A stretch of 64,000 nucleotides of DNA from Eledone cirrhosa (Eukaryota). Every line of letters begins with the position of its first letter. Within the stretch, counting starts at the first letter, position 1. The notes beneath the pieces are model-generated. The model saw nothing but the letters and a program-made list of their open reading frames with translations. It did not search any database and had not been told where the DNA came from. The stretch lies in assembly GCA_964016885.1 (NCBI GenBank), contig OZ024741.1, positions 170,314,001 to 170,378,000 on the forward strand, written 5' to 3'. Positions 43,480 through 56,839 of this stretch are shown in pieces. The position numbers and the translations under genes are program-made.

Positions 43480-44302
43480 TATAGGAGGAGACACAGAAAA
43501 ATCACGTGGTACAACTCACCCTACTCACCGGCCCTAAAGAACAGCTTGGCCCGATCATTCTTTGGAGCACTTGATAAATGCTTCCCGAGAGACCATAGAT
43601 ACCACAGGATCTTCATCAGACACACTGTGAAGCTCTCGTATTCCACCACGAGAAATCTGGTCCAACACATAGCTAGCATCAATAGGAGTAGACTTGAAAA
43701 CCACACACAACCAGAAGATGGCAATACAAGCACTCAGCAGAACCACGTGAAAGGAGGGAAGGGGAGAGCCAAGAAACCCAAACAGACCCGGGGACCCCCC
43801 ACCGTGCCTGGGGGAAGACAACCATGTAACACCTAACGGGAACCCCAATCTAGGCAGGCAGAATAAAACCACCTTCTGCAACTGCAGAAACCCCGAATCA
43901 TCCCCCCTTGGTAATGAATGCCTTAAGAAGAACCTAGTATACGGTTGTAGGGTTAAAACCCCCAACTACGAACACCTCTACATAGGAGCCACACCAACGA
44001 GTTTAAAGACCGCTGGTACAACCATCGCCATTCCTTCAATAAGGAGGCCAAAATGAAAAGCACGGCTCTCTCCGACCTGATCTGGAAGCTTAAGCAGGAC
44101 AGGATCGCCGTACTCTCTGGCCTGGTACATAATCAGGAAAGTACCACCCGATAAAGGGCGATCTTGCATATGCAAACTATGCCTGAACGAGACCTTCGAG
44201 ATACTAAGAGGTGGAAGCGGCCTGATAAACTTCAGAACCGACTTCTTCGGGACATGCAGACACCTCAGAGCCGGGACCTTCCTCAAGATATATGGACAGT
44301 AG
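43480..44302 (+). pseudogene. Penelope linker plus GIY-YIG endonuclease, frameshifted
   Basis: RKITWYNSPYS..KCFPRDHRYHRIF..TVKLSYS; CNCRNP..CLKKNLVY..LYIGAT / FKDRWYNHRHSF..STALSDLIWKLK / CKLCLNE..CRH. Confidence 0.9.
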
Positions 44303-45565
44303 TAACACAAGAAGATGTGAACTCCCCTCAAGCTATAGGAACTTCTCCAGAACATGTAGACACCTCTCGGCCAGACCTCCCTCAAGCAATAACAACACCC
44401 TAGGTTGAGAACTCCCCTCAAGCCATAGGGACCAACCCAGGCTGAGCAGACACCATGATAACCTAGAGATTGATTCGGACTCAGCCATTATAATTTGGCC
44501 AACATCTTTATAACACAAACACATTTTAATTTACTTGATTTCTGATTTTTCAATTTTTCAATTTTTCAATCTTGATTTCTCTTTATTAATTTGTTATTTG
44601 TTATTTGTTCTCTTCACTTTATCACCTTATATTTATTTTTAAGTTGAGATTGGTTATAACACAAACACATTTTATTTGATTATCTTATTCTTTTATTCTT
44701 TTACCATCTTGTCCCTCATACCAATCTATCCAACATATTTCTAATCTTGAGATTGGTTATAGCACACACACTTTATCTTAATTTATTTGAATCTTCATTT
44801 TATTTTTCACTTCTCCATATTCATTTTCATTACTTTTTCACTAATTTTTCATTTATTATTTATTCTCTATTTATTATTTATTTTCTGTTTTCTGCATTTT
44901 ATTGCCTTGTATTTCTTCATATACATGGAAGAACCCCTCTCCACCACACCCCACCACCACCACCACTGGAGATGTTGGCAGGAGGGATGAAAAAAAACAC
45001 ACACAGATACTTCTAAATTGTCAGCAGCAGCAAGACATAAGCTGACCAACAACACTACCAACATAAGGGTAGAGGTCAGATGTACTTAACAATAGCAAAC
45101 ACAAACACTACAAGGAGCCTCACCCCAGAAAGAATTTCTATAGACTTCGGACTGAGGAATGCTCTCAAAACTGACCAATGAGAAGTTTGACATTTTTTTG
45201 TTATTTTGTTACTTTACCATCTTATTCCTTCTACCACTTTATCAATTTTTTTTAGCTAACTCCAACAATAACAACACTACCAACACAAGAATTGAGGTCA
45301 GATGTACCTACCAATAACAAGAACAGCAACTACAGATTGGCTTGCCTCAGAACGAATTTCTATAGACTTTTGAATGTGGAATGTTCTAACAACTGACCAA
45401 TGAGAAGAGAAGAGGCCCTTTGACACTGAAATTCGTTTGTTTGAATTCATATGATTCCAGTTCCTCAGTGAAATAACAACCCAACCAGGAACGGGGCATA
45501 TCAGAGTATTGACAATGTTATACACCTCAACAACATATGTACTTGTCTATACCACACTAATTCGG

Positions 45566-45620
45566 ACTGCCTGAAGAGGTGACAGCCAAAGATGGCTGTC
45601 ACCGAAATATATATAGCAGT
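45566..45620 (+). ncRNA. Type-I hammerhead ribozyme (3' pLTR)
   Basis: actgc-CTGAAGA-ggtgacagcca-aaga-tggctgtcacc-GAAA-tatata-TA-gcagt; all stems perfect. Confidence 0.9.
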
Positions 45621-45784
45621 AATAAACGAAGCTAAATTTTAAACATTTGACTTATATATTTTATTTTATTTTACATTACTCCGGAGTAACCAAACCAACC
45701 TGCACATTTCGTCGAGTTCTCCAATCTGCATACTGATGTGTTGGTATACAACCAACATATACTAAAAAAAAAATATATATATAT

Positions 45785-45935
45785 AGGAAAAGAGTCAGGA
45801 CCCCGCCAGCTGAGCTCCGGCCGTTTCAACATCTAAATCAGAAAGCGTCGGCGTCCTGACCCTTTTCCTATTACCCACTCTCCTACCCTAAGTATCGAGT
45901 ACAGTTACGAAAGATGTTAGGTATTAGGTTTACGC
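45785..45935 (+). mobile_element. Family C fold-back element, diverged
   Basis: aggaaaagagtcaggac / gtcctgacccttttcct arms; tail acccactctcctaccctaagtatcgagtac as in 12225-12300 (minus). Confidence 0.65.
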
Positions 45936-45946
45936 TTATGTATATT

Positions 45947-46071
<125 letters not shown>

Positions 46072-46110
46072 AGGAAGTTATAGTTCACTTGAAGCATTGT
46101 GTAATGAGGT

Positions 46111-46372
46111 ATAAACGTTTGTATATGTATAATAAAGCCAAAACAATGCAGTATGGACATAGAATAAAGAATGCAAATGCAAAAGATATTGTTGACAATT
46201 AGTCTTTTACCTTAGATTTATTTAAATGTCCTTAATTCTCGAGATAATATCTCTTCTTCGGAGGGAAGTAAAGCGGTTAAACCAGTGTTCTAAATAGCTT
46301 GCCGAAGAAGAGATATTATCTCGAAATATACCTGCATTGTTTTGGCTTTATTATACATATACAAACGTTTAT
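46111..46372. repeat. Nested fold-back with degenerate hammerhead
   Basis: Outer arms 46111-46151 / 46332-46372; inner arms 46239-46261 / 46302-46324; CCGAAGAA-gagat-att-atctc-GAAA. Confidence 0.7.
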
Positions 46373-46439
46373 ATATATATATATATATAAATGTAATCTG
46401 AGATTTTTGAATATTAATAATAATATTCGATTCGTTTGC

Positions 46440-47240
46440 AATCATGCAAGCTACAACGACTCCATACCAGCTCGTCCACTTCGTTGATTGTTGACGCTAG
46501 GCACAGACAACGATGAAAAAAGTTTTGATTGTTGAATGAACCAGGAAAACCAACGTGCACACGTTTTCTCCTACTTTGACCTGTCGATTTGGCAGTTTCT
46601 GTGCGGCTGTGCAGCGAAAGCAGCTCCGACACTCCTTTTCTAATTGGTCATTCATACTCGACCAGTAGATGTAGCTGTGCGGGAGAGCTTTCATTAGTTT
46701 TATTTTCGGACATCCGTTGTGGAAGTGGGCAAAAATACTTTTGTGCGCAAATCTGTGGGAAGTACGATTCTATCAGCCAAGGGAAGACTATCATATAAAC
46801 ACTCGATAATAATCGTTGATAGCGTGGCCGTAGTTCTCCTGAGGGATACGATAACCCTATCGTTTTGTGATATCGCGTTGCCTGTTGCTTAGAAGCTTCC
46901 CAAAGCCTGGGCGAAGTCACTGACAGTTGTTATAACTGTCCGCAGCACCGCGTTACTCACTTCCAGTTTTATAGTTACTGGTGCAATGACAACTTCTGGT
47001 TTCATCATGTAAGTGATGATCAAATGTGAGAGAGCATCAGTTTGTTCAATCTTCTCTGTTGCGACTACTTTATTGTGGTCCAGTGTTGTAGAAGATTCTC
47101 TGTGTACATGGAATATCTTTCTTGGAACCAAAAATGAGTAGCAATGGCTTGTGACCCATCACTGGTGTAAAAGGCCGACCATAAAACATGTTTTGGAATT
47201 ACTTCACGGTAGGAATTATTATTAATGTTACACTTTCAGT
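46440..47240 (-). pseudogene. Ty3/Gypsy pol relic (RNase H to integrase)
   Basis: MKALPHSYIYWSSMNDQLEKECRSCFRC (integrase zinc-binding region), RVHVGFPGSF, FFIVVCA, GHKPLLLIFGSKK-like RNase H end; many frameshifts. Confidence 0.82.
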
Positions 47241-47738
47241 CAAGACAAGAAACTCGGAGATTCTGTTTCTGTATACATTCTTTATTTCCAGGAAACTGAC
47301 TGTCCTGTCATTTAAAAGATAATCTGATGTGATTTGAGGGATATTTCGTTGTTATTCTTAGCAGAACAAGCGACCTGGTAAATGTTCTTTAATATGGTAT
47401 TGATGATAGTGGTATTTCGTTCCCTATTTATTCTCCCCCTCTGTTTCTTTTCTTTGTACTCCTCCTTCTGTTTGCTTTCTTACATCTTCCAATTCTCCTA
47501 TATGGTAATATTGACTGCTGTTCGTCCATATTTATCCATTTAGATATCTCACTCGCTTTCATGTTATCTATGATATAACTTTCGGTACATACAGAAGATT
47601 TCATCTTGAAAAAGAAAGAAACATAGGGAAACTGTAAAATAGAGGAAGAATCGTCCCAGTACTGGACTGGTACATTATCTCATGAATTCAAAACAATGAA
47701 TCGCAAAGCATTGTATCTAAAGTCCAAACGTGTTTGCC

Positions 47739-47817
<79 letters not shown>

Positions 47818-47921
47818 GCGTGTAGTTCTGAGAAAGAGAGACCACTAATCATGGGAGTACTCAACGCATGGGGAGATGCAGAGTTGGTATAGAGATATGT
47901 AAAATACTGACCATGGCTCCC

Positions 47922-47953
<32 letters not shown>

Positions 47954-48004
47954 CACACACACACACACACACACATACACACACACACATATATATATAT
48001 ATAT

Positions 48005-48226
48005 AGAAGTGGTAACACAACAGATAGTTCACCATACCGAGAACAATTGTTTCACCTTAGCGGATCCTTAGCTCGTAATGGATATGGTTATACGGAACAG
48101 GAAGGACAACCGTATTAACGTGCATGCGCAGAAACGGTCACAACTGTTGTGTTACCACTTCTACCTAACTCGTACCATGGACTGAGTGCTCTACCACTAC
48201 GGATATTACCTTCCAGTGTTCTACCT
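48005..48226 (+). mobile_element. Fold-back element related to 1440-1545, decayed hammerhead on minus strand
   Basis: Arms agaagtggtaacacaacag / ctgttgtgttaccacttct; minus strand cgag-CTAAGGA-tccgctaaggt-GAAA-caattg-TT-ctcgg. Confidence 0.7.
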
Positions 48227-48964
48227 CTCTCTCTCTATATATATATATATAAATATATATATATAATTATAATATTGGAAATATAATATTGGAAATAAAA
48301 TTATATTGGAAAAAAGTCATCGGATATGGCCGAATAATCTTCGATCACTTTCCCACTCACTCGATGTTTTAATTAAGCTAGTATCATTAAGATACCGAAT
48401 CAAATGAAAACAGATTGCACACTAATATGTTAAATAGTGAGAAAAACGATGAGACGGTTGTATTTAATGGTGGTGGGATACATATATACTTATGCACACA
48501 TATAACAACCTTCTCATCGTGCTTCTTTCTAATCCTTCTTTTAATTTGATCGTTGACCTCGTCATTTCATTGCGCTTCATCTTTTCTTTGCCTCTAATGA
48601 TTGTTACTTCCAGACTCATTGCCCGAACTAATTTGTAATACTCTTTCAAAATCTCTTACAGTTATCGCCCTTTATTCGTGTCTCGTGTCTCTCCTGTCCA
48701 ATATCGGTTTGTAGATTTTACGTTATGTTTCCCTTTCGAATGGGCCGAAAAATCTGTACCGTTATTTTCTTCTCCAGCATTCGTTGTCATTTAATAGCCC
48801 TCTTTCCTTAACGGCTATTGATATGCTAAGAAGAATTGTACTGTCCTTAAAATTTCTGAACCTATGGAGAGACCCAGTAGACAAGTGAGAATCCAGAATG
48901 TTCCACGTGTCCATCTTTTCTAAGATTTCTGTGTCCTCCATATATCCCACCTGTTATAATTTGA

Positions 48965-49330
48965 TGTTTGAGCAGACTCTTCTGGAGGACTTTCAGCTCG
49001 GGGAGTATGGACAATAATCAAACGCCCTTGGCGTATCAGTGCTATACAGGCCAAACATGTCTGAGATGGACGCATGGCAACAGAACCGTCCTGCGTCACC
49101 CAATGTACAGGCATTGCCAATGTGTGTGTTTGTGGGAACGCATCTATCGCTTGAGGAGAAAATTGTCAAGCAACCGGATCCGTTGAACCATAAGTTTCTT
49201 TTAGAAGAGAAGCACCGCAAATCTACTTCTGTCAGGTAGGTATGACGAAAGAAGTTAAATGATGGAGACACCACAATGTTTTGAAGACAGGAATCCTCCT
49301 CTCTGGCCAGGGCTTGATGAGGAAGGTGGG
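48965..49330 (+). pseudogene. Tx1/L1-like LINE ORF2 C-terminal relic
   Basis: LSRLFWRTFSSGSMDNNQTPLAYQCY..GQTCLR..RTVL resembles the zf-RVT region; heavily decayed. Confidence 0.45.
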
Positions 49331-49335
49331 GGTAG

Positions 49336-49404
<69 letters not shown>

Positions 49405-49805
49405 GAGAGAGAGTTGCTGCATTCTAGTATGTTTTATGAAAGATGGTTGAAAGCGCCAAGATTAATAAGGCTTTTCTAAGCTCGGGGAAACAGGAAGAGA
49501 ATACCTTCAATATGTTTGATGAGACAGAGAAGTCCGAGAAATATTGTGTTGTTTTTCCCAGAATTACACTAAATTGCACACCTATCTTATTCCTTGTATA
49601 CATTTGTTAATGCTTTATATTGTTATAAATATCTATTACCATTAACGTTAATCTTATACACACTGTTTCCTTTTGTTGATGTCTCCTTCCCGTAACTCCA
49701 TGTAAACTCCAACCTGTGTTGTTTATGCGTCTTTATATTGTTCTCACCTACTTGTAACCTTGTGACCATTATAGAAAAGCATCATCATTGTTGTTGTTGC
49801 TGCTG

Positions 49806-49902
<97 letters not shown>
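49806..49902. repeat. (CTA)n microsatellite
   Basis: Direct reading. Confidence 0.95.
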
Positions 49903-50732
49903 AGGCAGTGACAACTGTTATATATATATATATATGAGTGTGTGATTGTGTGTGTGTTTGGTTGTGTGAAAGTGTGTGTGAATGCATGTGTATGCGCTCT
50001 CGAGTATACTTATGCGTTCTATATTATGAAAATCGGTCGGTAGAATAAAATACTATTCATGACCTTGCACTGATATAATCAATTGTTTGGATCAAGCTCG
50101 AGAACTTTGTGGCCTTGTGATTATCTGAGAAACCATTCTTATCGGTAAGAGAGGTTGATTGGAAGATTTCCATTACCTTTCTGTAGGATCTCATCTGAAA
50201 TCCTGTCCAAATTAAATATCATTTCCATCCCTCTGGGTTTGATAAGTATATTTTGTCAATTAAATGCATTTTTCTCCTCCCCTCCTTCTCCTAAATTTGA
50301 GGCCGAGTGTCTAAGTTTATCACTGGATCAGGCCAACTTCTCGAGCAGCAATTCGGAATCAGATCGTGACTCATGTAACGAGCGACACGTTATTAATGTC
50401 CTGGAATTTGAGTTATCATTAGCCTTTCGTAAGCTGAGTAATGCAAGTTGTGTACACCACCTCTACAATTGCGGCCAGTTGTTCGCTAACTGAACTTGGC
50501 GATCTTGACCATTATCTATTGTTATAGTTCTTCCCTTCGCCATCGTGTTTATCACCTACTACTGTTATTCATCCCGCGGGGTATCTAGAATCACCCTTCT
50601 CACAAAGCAGTTGGTTTCACTGGCTAAGATGTTATCAGTAGCTTTCAAGAACGACCTGACAGTGTCTAAGATAAAATATTACATTAATATTAATATTCGT
50701 ATGTGTAGTTAGTAGCACAATCGGTAGAGCAA

Positions 50733-51075
50733 CAAAATATATTGCGGTATATATTTACCTTTTCAAAATATATTGCGGCATATATTTACCTTTTCAAAAT
50801 ATATTGCGGCATATAATTACCTTTTCAAAATATATTGCGTCATATATTTACCTTTTCAAGATATATTGCGGTATATATTTACCTTTTCAAAATATATTGC
50901 GGTATATATTTACCTTTTCAAAATATATTGCGGCATATATTTACCTTTTCAAAATATATTGCGGTATATATTTACCTTTTCAAAATATATTGCGGCATAT
51001 ATTTACCTTTTCAAAATATATTGCGGCATATATTTACTTTTTCAAAATATATTGCGGTATATATTTACCTTTTCA
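50733..51075. repeat. 31-bp minisatellite (~11 units) inside a SINE family 1 copy (~50710-51190)
   Basis: (caaaatatattgcggYatatatttacctttt)n between SINE head aatcggtagagc and core gatcgataaaataacataccagt. Confidence 0.88.
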
Positions 51076-51535
51076 GTTAAAAATACAGCGTGGTTGATGG
51101 TCAAATGTGCTCTTTCATTATTCTTGGTGATCGATAAAATAACATACCAGTCGAAAGCTTTGGCCGATATAATCAGCCTCCGTCCTCCTCGCCACAGAAT
51201 GCAACACATTGTACTTAAAGTGGCAGCCATTACTATTGTTATTATTGTTGTTATATTTGTTCTAGCTGCCTCTATTCTTGCCTAAATCCCGATACGCCAT
51301 TCACTCGGTGCTGTGGTATTGATAGAGGCGTATTCGCCAAATTGTATCTCTGTTGAAAGATGTACTAGATATTTTTCTTTTTATGTGTCATTCACCAAAA
51401 ATAGAAACAAACGTCTAATGAATCCGATACAGTGCCAAGGATGCCAAAATGTCTGGCATTATTCTACAGAGGAATGGAAATAATTTTGTATTGCACTAAG
51501 CAATGTAAGATGTGCGGATCAATTTGTAAGTGAGT

Positions 51536-51580
<45 letters not shown>

Positions 51581-51647
51581 GTGTGTGTGTGAATATATAT
51601 ATATATATGTATATATATATATGTGTTTATATATATATATGTGTGTG

Positions 51648-51710
<63 letters not shown>

Positions 51711-51968
51711 GTGCGTGTGTGTGTGTGTGTCTGTGTGTAAGAAGCAAAGAACATATCAGTGATACGAAAAGATTTCCCGGTAGAAGTTCAGCTAAACTCC
51801 GGGTGTAGATCCAGTTTCAGAGTGAAAATCAAACTTGAAAATCTAACGAATTTGAGTATGTACCTATCCATCTATTTTTTTACAGACTCACATACACACG
51901 AGCACACACAGCTATATGTATATATCTATCTATCTATCTATAAATGATATTATTTGATATTCATACAT

Positions 51969-52003
<35 letters not shown>

Positions 52004-52011
52004 AATGAAAA

Positions 52012-52200
52012 GTATGATGTTGGCTGCCCCTTCAATATCGAGTATGGCCGTTGCATGATATAACATTATTAACAATTAACAATTAATTCTATCGTGCAAT
52101 GCCTGTGCGTGAAGATTTTTTTAAAGTGTGGAAACACTGTGCACTGAGCCAATCCCACACTGAGCCGCAGCTTTTATATCGGATTTATCCCAGTTTCCTA
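52012..52200 (-). mobile_element. Bipartite RTE-derived element, second copy
   Basis: Colinear with 15955-16200 with an internal deletion. Confidence 0.8.
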
Positions 52201-52359
52201 TAGATAGATATATATATATACATAAATACCGTGATCGATATCGGACTTCTAATTTACTTATTTTTACTGCTATCTCCATTCCATTTTCACCCTTACTTCT
52301 TTTTTTCAATTAATTATTTTTTTACCTTCGTACTCTATCTAGTCTTTCTCTAGTTCTGC

Positions 52360-52451
<92 letters not shown>

Positions 52452-52456
<5 letters not shown>

Positions 52457-52932
52457 TATGTATACGTACATACATATATGTATACAGACGTACAGTAGTA
52501 TGTATATATATATATATATACATACATGCACACATATATATATGTACGTATGGATTCACCGAACATTTATTATAATGCTCGGTGTGTTTGTAAACAAACA
52601 TCCCGAATTAAGCCGTACAGTGTCTAGCAACCATCGTTGCTCATTTGTTCAACACTGACGAAGGAACTCTGTACTAGTTTTAAGCTTATTATCTATCGTC
52701 AGCAACGTATACCTTCCTGCCAGATGGTTGAATGTCTGAAAGTATATACTTTCCTTATGCATATTAACGGCTGAGCAGCCTAATTTGCATATCGAGTGAG
52801 CTAATCGGCCGGTGTACCGAAGACGATAAACGGAAAAAATGGAACGAAATTTCATTTCTCACTCTTAGTACGGCTGTTACTTAAATATATATATGCATAC
52901 GTACATACATATATGTATACAGACGTACAGTA

Positions 52933-52981
<49 letters not shown>

Positions 52982-53350
52982 CATGCACACATATATATAT
53001 ATATGTACGTATGGATTCACCATACGTACATATAGTATACGTTGCTGACGATAACTAATAAGCTTGAAACTAGTACAGCGTTCCTTTGTCAGTGTTGAAC
53101 AAATGAGCAACGATGGTTGCTCGACACTGTACGGCTTAATTCGGGATGTTTGTTTACAAACACACCGAGCATTATAATAAATGTTCGGTGAATCCATACG
53201 TACATATATATATATATGTGTGCATGTATGTATATATATATATACATACTACTGTACGTCTATATTCATATATGTATGTACGTATACATACTTATATTTA
53301 AGTAACAGCCGTACTAAGTGTGAGTAATGAAATTTCGTTTCATTTTTTCC

Positions 53351-53355
<5 letters not shown>
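52452..53355. mobile_element. Family B element: tandem units plus an inverted copy, in (TA)n
   Basis: Same sequence as 5504-6650; orientation flips at ~53022. Confidence 0.8.
53039..53081 (+). ncRNA. Minimal type-I hammerhead (family B)
   Basis: acgttg-CTGACGA-taactaataagctt-GAAA-ctag-TA-cagcgt; palindromic stem III, GUA triplet; stem II has one mismatch versus agct/agct in sister copies. Confidence 0.7.
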
Positions 53356-53407
<52 letters not shown>

Positions 53408-53857
53408 GACCCCTGCGAGTGGATTTTGTCGATTTCGGATTTACAGAAACCTGGCGGAGATATATATTATATGTGATGTATATTACATGGTATATATCAT
53501 GTGTTGTTTAGGGTGTCGACGCGACGCTCCAGGTTAGTCAAATTTTTATCCTGAGTTCAGTTTTTTTTCGTCGCTATGGTCACTGCGGCCCGTCTATCGG
53601 TCGCTGTCCCCAATTTGCAAAACTGTCTAAACGTAATGTTATAACTCTAGGGTAATATACCCTATTGATTGCTTAGATGCACACCGAGATTGCATTCGTT
53701 AGCTTGGCTGCAACCAGAGCTTCGATGATGCTGTACTAAATTGTGTATATATATATATATATATACATGCATAACTATATATATATATATACACCACACA
53801 CACACGCATATATATATATATATATATGTTTATTGTGTGTGTGTGTGTGTGTGTGTA

Positions 53858-53905
<48 letters not shown>

Positions 53906-54539
53906 CAGATATACATACATTCATATATGTAAGTATTTATGTAAATGTATGTGTGTCTGTGTATCATTGTATTTGCAACAGGAAAATGTGTAAGTCTTCA
54001 TGGGGAGTCATACATTTACATTGTTGGAGAGTTTCATCCACACTTATTTCGGTTGGTATGTTATATATTAATAACTTTATTTTGTATTAATTGCTGTACA
54101 AAAATGCAGACACGCACACATACACACCTTTATTCTTTTCACGTCTGATGACTATAATCTTAATTTCTGGATCTTAGCTATGCAACCCAGACCTTGCTAA
54201 AGACATGCTATATTTAGCCGAAAATGGGGATATCAGTCAGTTTACACGTAGATATATCTTTCTCGCCTCAACTTGTACTGCTGAATGTGATGGTTTTCTA
54301 TTTCTTCACTCTCCTTCCAACAGTTAAACTGATAAAGTGAGTAGCGGATAGTAATGTCTTCCATATTTTAACTGTTAAAGTTGCTTCTCATTTCAACAGC
54401 TCTTTTTGTTATCCAGCAAAGCATTGAGCAGCAGACATACGCATTACATTCGAAGGTGTATACATGTGTGTGGAATACTGAGTGGTTCTTCAGGAGATAA
54501 AGTTAAAGAATTTAAAGTGTGTTCCATGTATGGATGCTT

Positions 54540-54748
54540 ACCAGGTGGTTCTCATCCCGGTTGAGCTGACGGACATCAGTCGACCGCATGGTCAACCCTC
54601 AGCTACAGCTGGTACCCATTTTAGCTGAGTGTACTGGAGTAATGGAAAATTAAGTGCTTTGCTCAAGGACACATAGCACCAACCAGTCTAGGAAACGAAG
54701 CCACCATATTATGATAAGTCCAACACCCTACTCACTAGGCTACTCACC
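54540..54748 (-). mobile_element. SINE family 2 (CORE-like)
   Basis: Similar to 12931-13136 and 59014-59130. Confidence 0.7.
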
Positions 54749-55413
54749 TTTTGGAGATTCACGATGTCATAAACATCCAGGATTCTGTTGCGTCGGCTTC
54801 ACGTTTCTGCATCTATACACCCTCATAAATTCTAACCTTGGAATGGAAGTGAAGATACTTATTTTGAAAGACCCACCCAGGATAAAAGAGTCCCTTCCAA
54901 CTGTTAGAAGAAGCAAGCCTTTCTCTTTTGAATAAACCGTTGAAAACGCTGATACATTCTTTTAAATACCCAATCTTTCGTTACATCATGTTTGAGGACA
55001 ACATAATGGGTTATCGTATAATTGGAAAACCTAGGATTGACAAATAGATGAATAGTTGTTTGAATATATAGCGTAAGGTATAATCCTACAATGACGTGCT
55101 TTTTATAGATGTATTTTACTGACGAAATAACTCTTGCATTAGATAATACTCATTGCCCCCAAATTTTAAAAATTATTAAATTTATTTTAACAAATATAAA
55201 TTCTGGGGTTGTTTCTACTGGCTTTCCTGACCAGAATTAGTAATTACGTTGTTACTCATCCCAACAATTGAAATTTGTATTAATTAATTCAAAATTATTG
55301 TCTCACTACACTAGTTACAAGGATCCAGTTAATGAATTAATAACATCAATACGATCTACATAAATTCAACGCCACTCATTGAATATATAATTATTTCATG
55401 ATTTATTTTACAG

Positions 55414-55510
55414 TAAAATCAGGAGAGGGTGTGGGAACCTAAAACCGGTGACCTGCTCTGAATACTTGCAACAGAATGAACTTGGCAATGGCACTCAAGT
55501 ATCAGTGGAG
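55414..55510 (+). CDS. Candidate 97-nt internal exon (KIRRGCGNLKPVTCSEYLQQNELGNGTQVSVE)
   Basis: atttattttacag| ... GAG|gtatta; higher-GC island in AT-rich DNA, open in phase 2/0. Confidence 0.4.
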
Positions 55511-55860
55511 GTATTAAGCCAGGTGACATAACCAGACCACATTGGAACGAAGAACGTGGAATATATTATGTAAACCCTACCACTCACAACAAATAGAAAG
55601 CAAAGTTAACCAGCATGAGTGTTGCGCTCAGAGTGCAGTCTGTGGAACAAATACCACAAGGTAACACATCTAACGCTGTAACAATTGCGCCAATTGACCG
55701 CACTGAACTGGTTGGTACTTTATTTTGACGACCCCGACAAATTGACTAAATTTACCTCAGCTGTATTTGAATTCAAAACGCAAAATAACAAAAAAAAACA
55801 AAAAAACAGGGATAAATACCGCAAGTCATTTTGGTTTATTCGTTAACAGTTACAACAGGA

Positions 55861-56078
55861 ATAATGATTTCTACTATAGGTACAAGGCCAGTAATTTGGG
55901 GGGAGGGGAAAGTTAATTAAATCGACCCCAGTGCATTACTGGTGCTTTATTTTATCGACCCCGTAAGGATGAAAGGCAAAGTTCGTTGGCAGGATTTGAA
56001 CCCAGATCGTAAAGGGACGTAACTCTATGCTGCAAAGCATGGTGTCCGACTCTCTACCGATACGGCCAATCCACCACC
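55861..56078 (-). mobile_element. SINE family 1, full length
   Basis: Reverse complement of head, core and tail. Confidence 0.85.
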
Positions 56079-56839
56079 CTACTAACAGAAATAATAATTG
56101 GGTTTCAAGATTCTCAGGATTCAGAACTTAAAGAATAAAAAAAAAATATTAAATGTTTCTTCAAAAATTGGCTCCTGATATTGTTTTCAATTATTCAAAC
56201 GTAAAATTGGCACAGGTTGGTAATATTGATACCAATCACAACATTTAAGGATTGTGATAATCAAAGTCGCCTAGGGAAACGTTTTAAAATCTTTTTATTG
56301 CTAAACGTCGTGTGAAATTGCTGTCTGTTTATATGTAAAAATGAATATATGTCTGTCTGTCTGCACACACACCTGCGCCCCTCAAATAAACACACACAGG
56401 CACGCACACACAGTTACACGCACACATATATAGAAATGGGTGTGTGTATGATATATATATATATAAACACAAGTTTACTCACACACATACACATAAACAC
56501 ATACGTATTTACACTAAAATTCTAGTGCCGTTAAAATTAATTGAATAATCTCCAAATTGTTATTGATGTTTACAATTTTATTTCGATAAATCGAAACGAT
56601 CGTAGAAATTAATACATTTATTTGAACTATAAAATCTTTCGTTATTCACCTAAATTGAATTATTATTTAACACATTGAGCTTTTACGCCTTTTGTAACGA
56701 ATGAGTGTTATAAATATTGTATTGAACAGAAAGTTACAGCTGTTTTTCAAAAGGAGGTATTTTGGTAGAGTTTTATGGATATTATGAAGGTTGCGCAAGC
56801 TTGAATGTTTAATTTATAATTTCAAATTTGGCCTAAGCT

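Larger units (their letters stand above)
42932..45765 (+). mobile_element. Penelope-like element, 5'-truncated, with inverted 5' pLTR
   Basis: 42932-43107 is the reverse complement of ~45496-45672; GIY-YIG remnant; hammerheads in both pLTR copies; TA-rich flanks. Confidence 0.92.

Noticed and set aside
50155-50545. Non-repetitive island with a 112-aa plus-strand ORF
   Set aside because: No recognisable motif; the minus frame has several stops; probably a decayed element that I cannot assign
50733-51075. 31-bp repeats of CRISPR repeat size
   Set aside because: Directly tandem with no spacers; derived from a SINE
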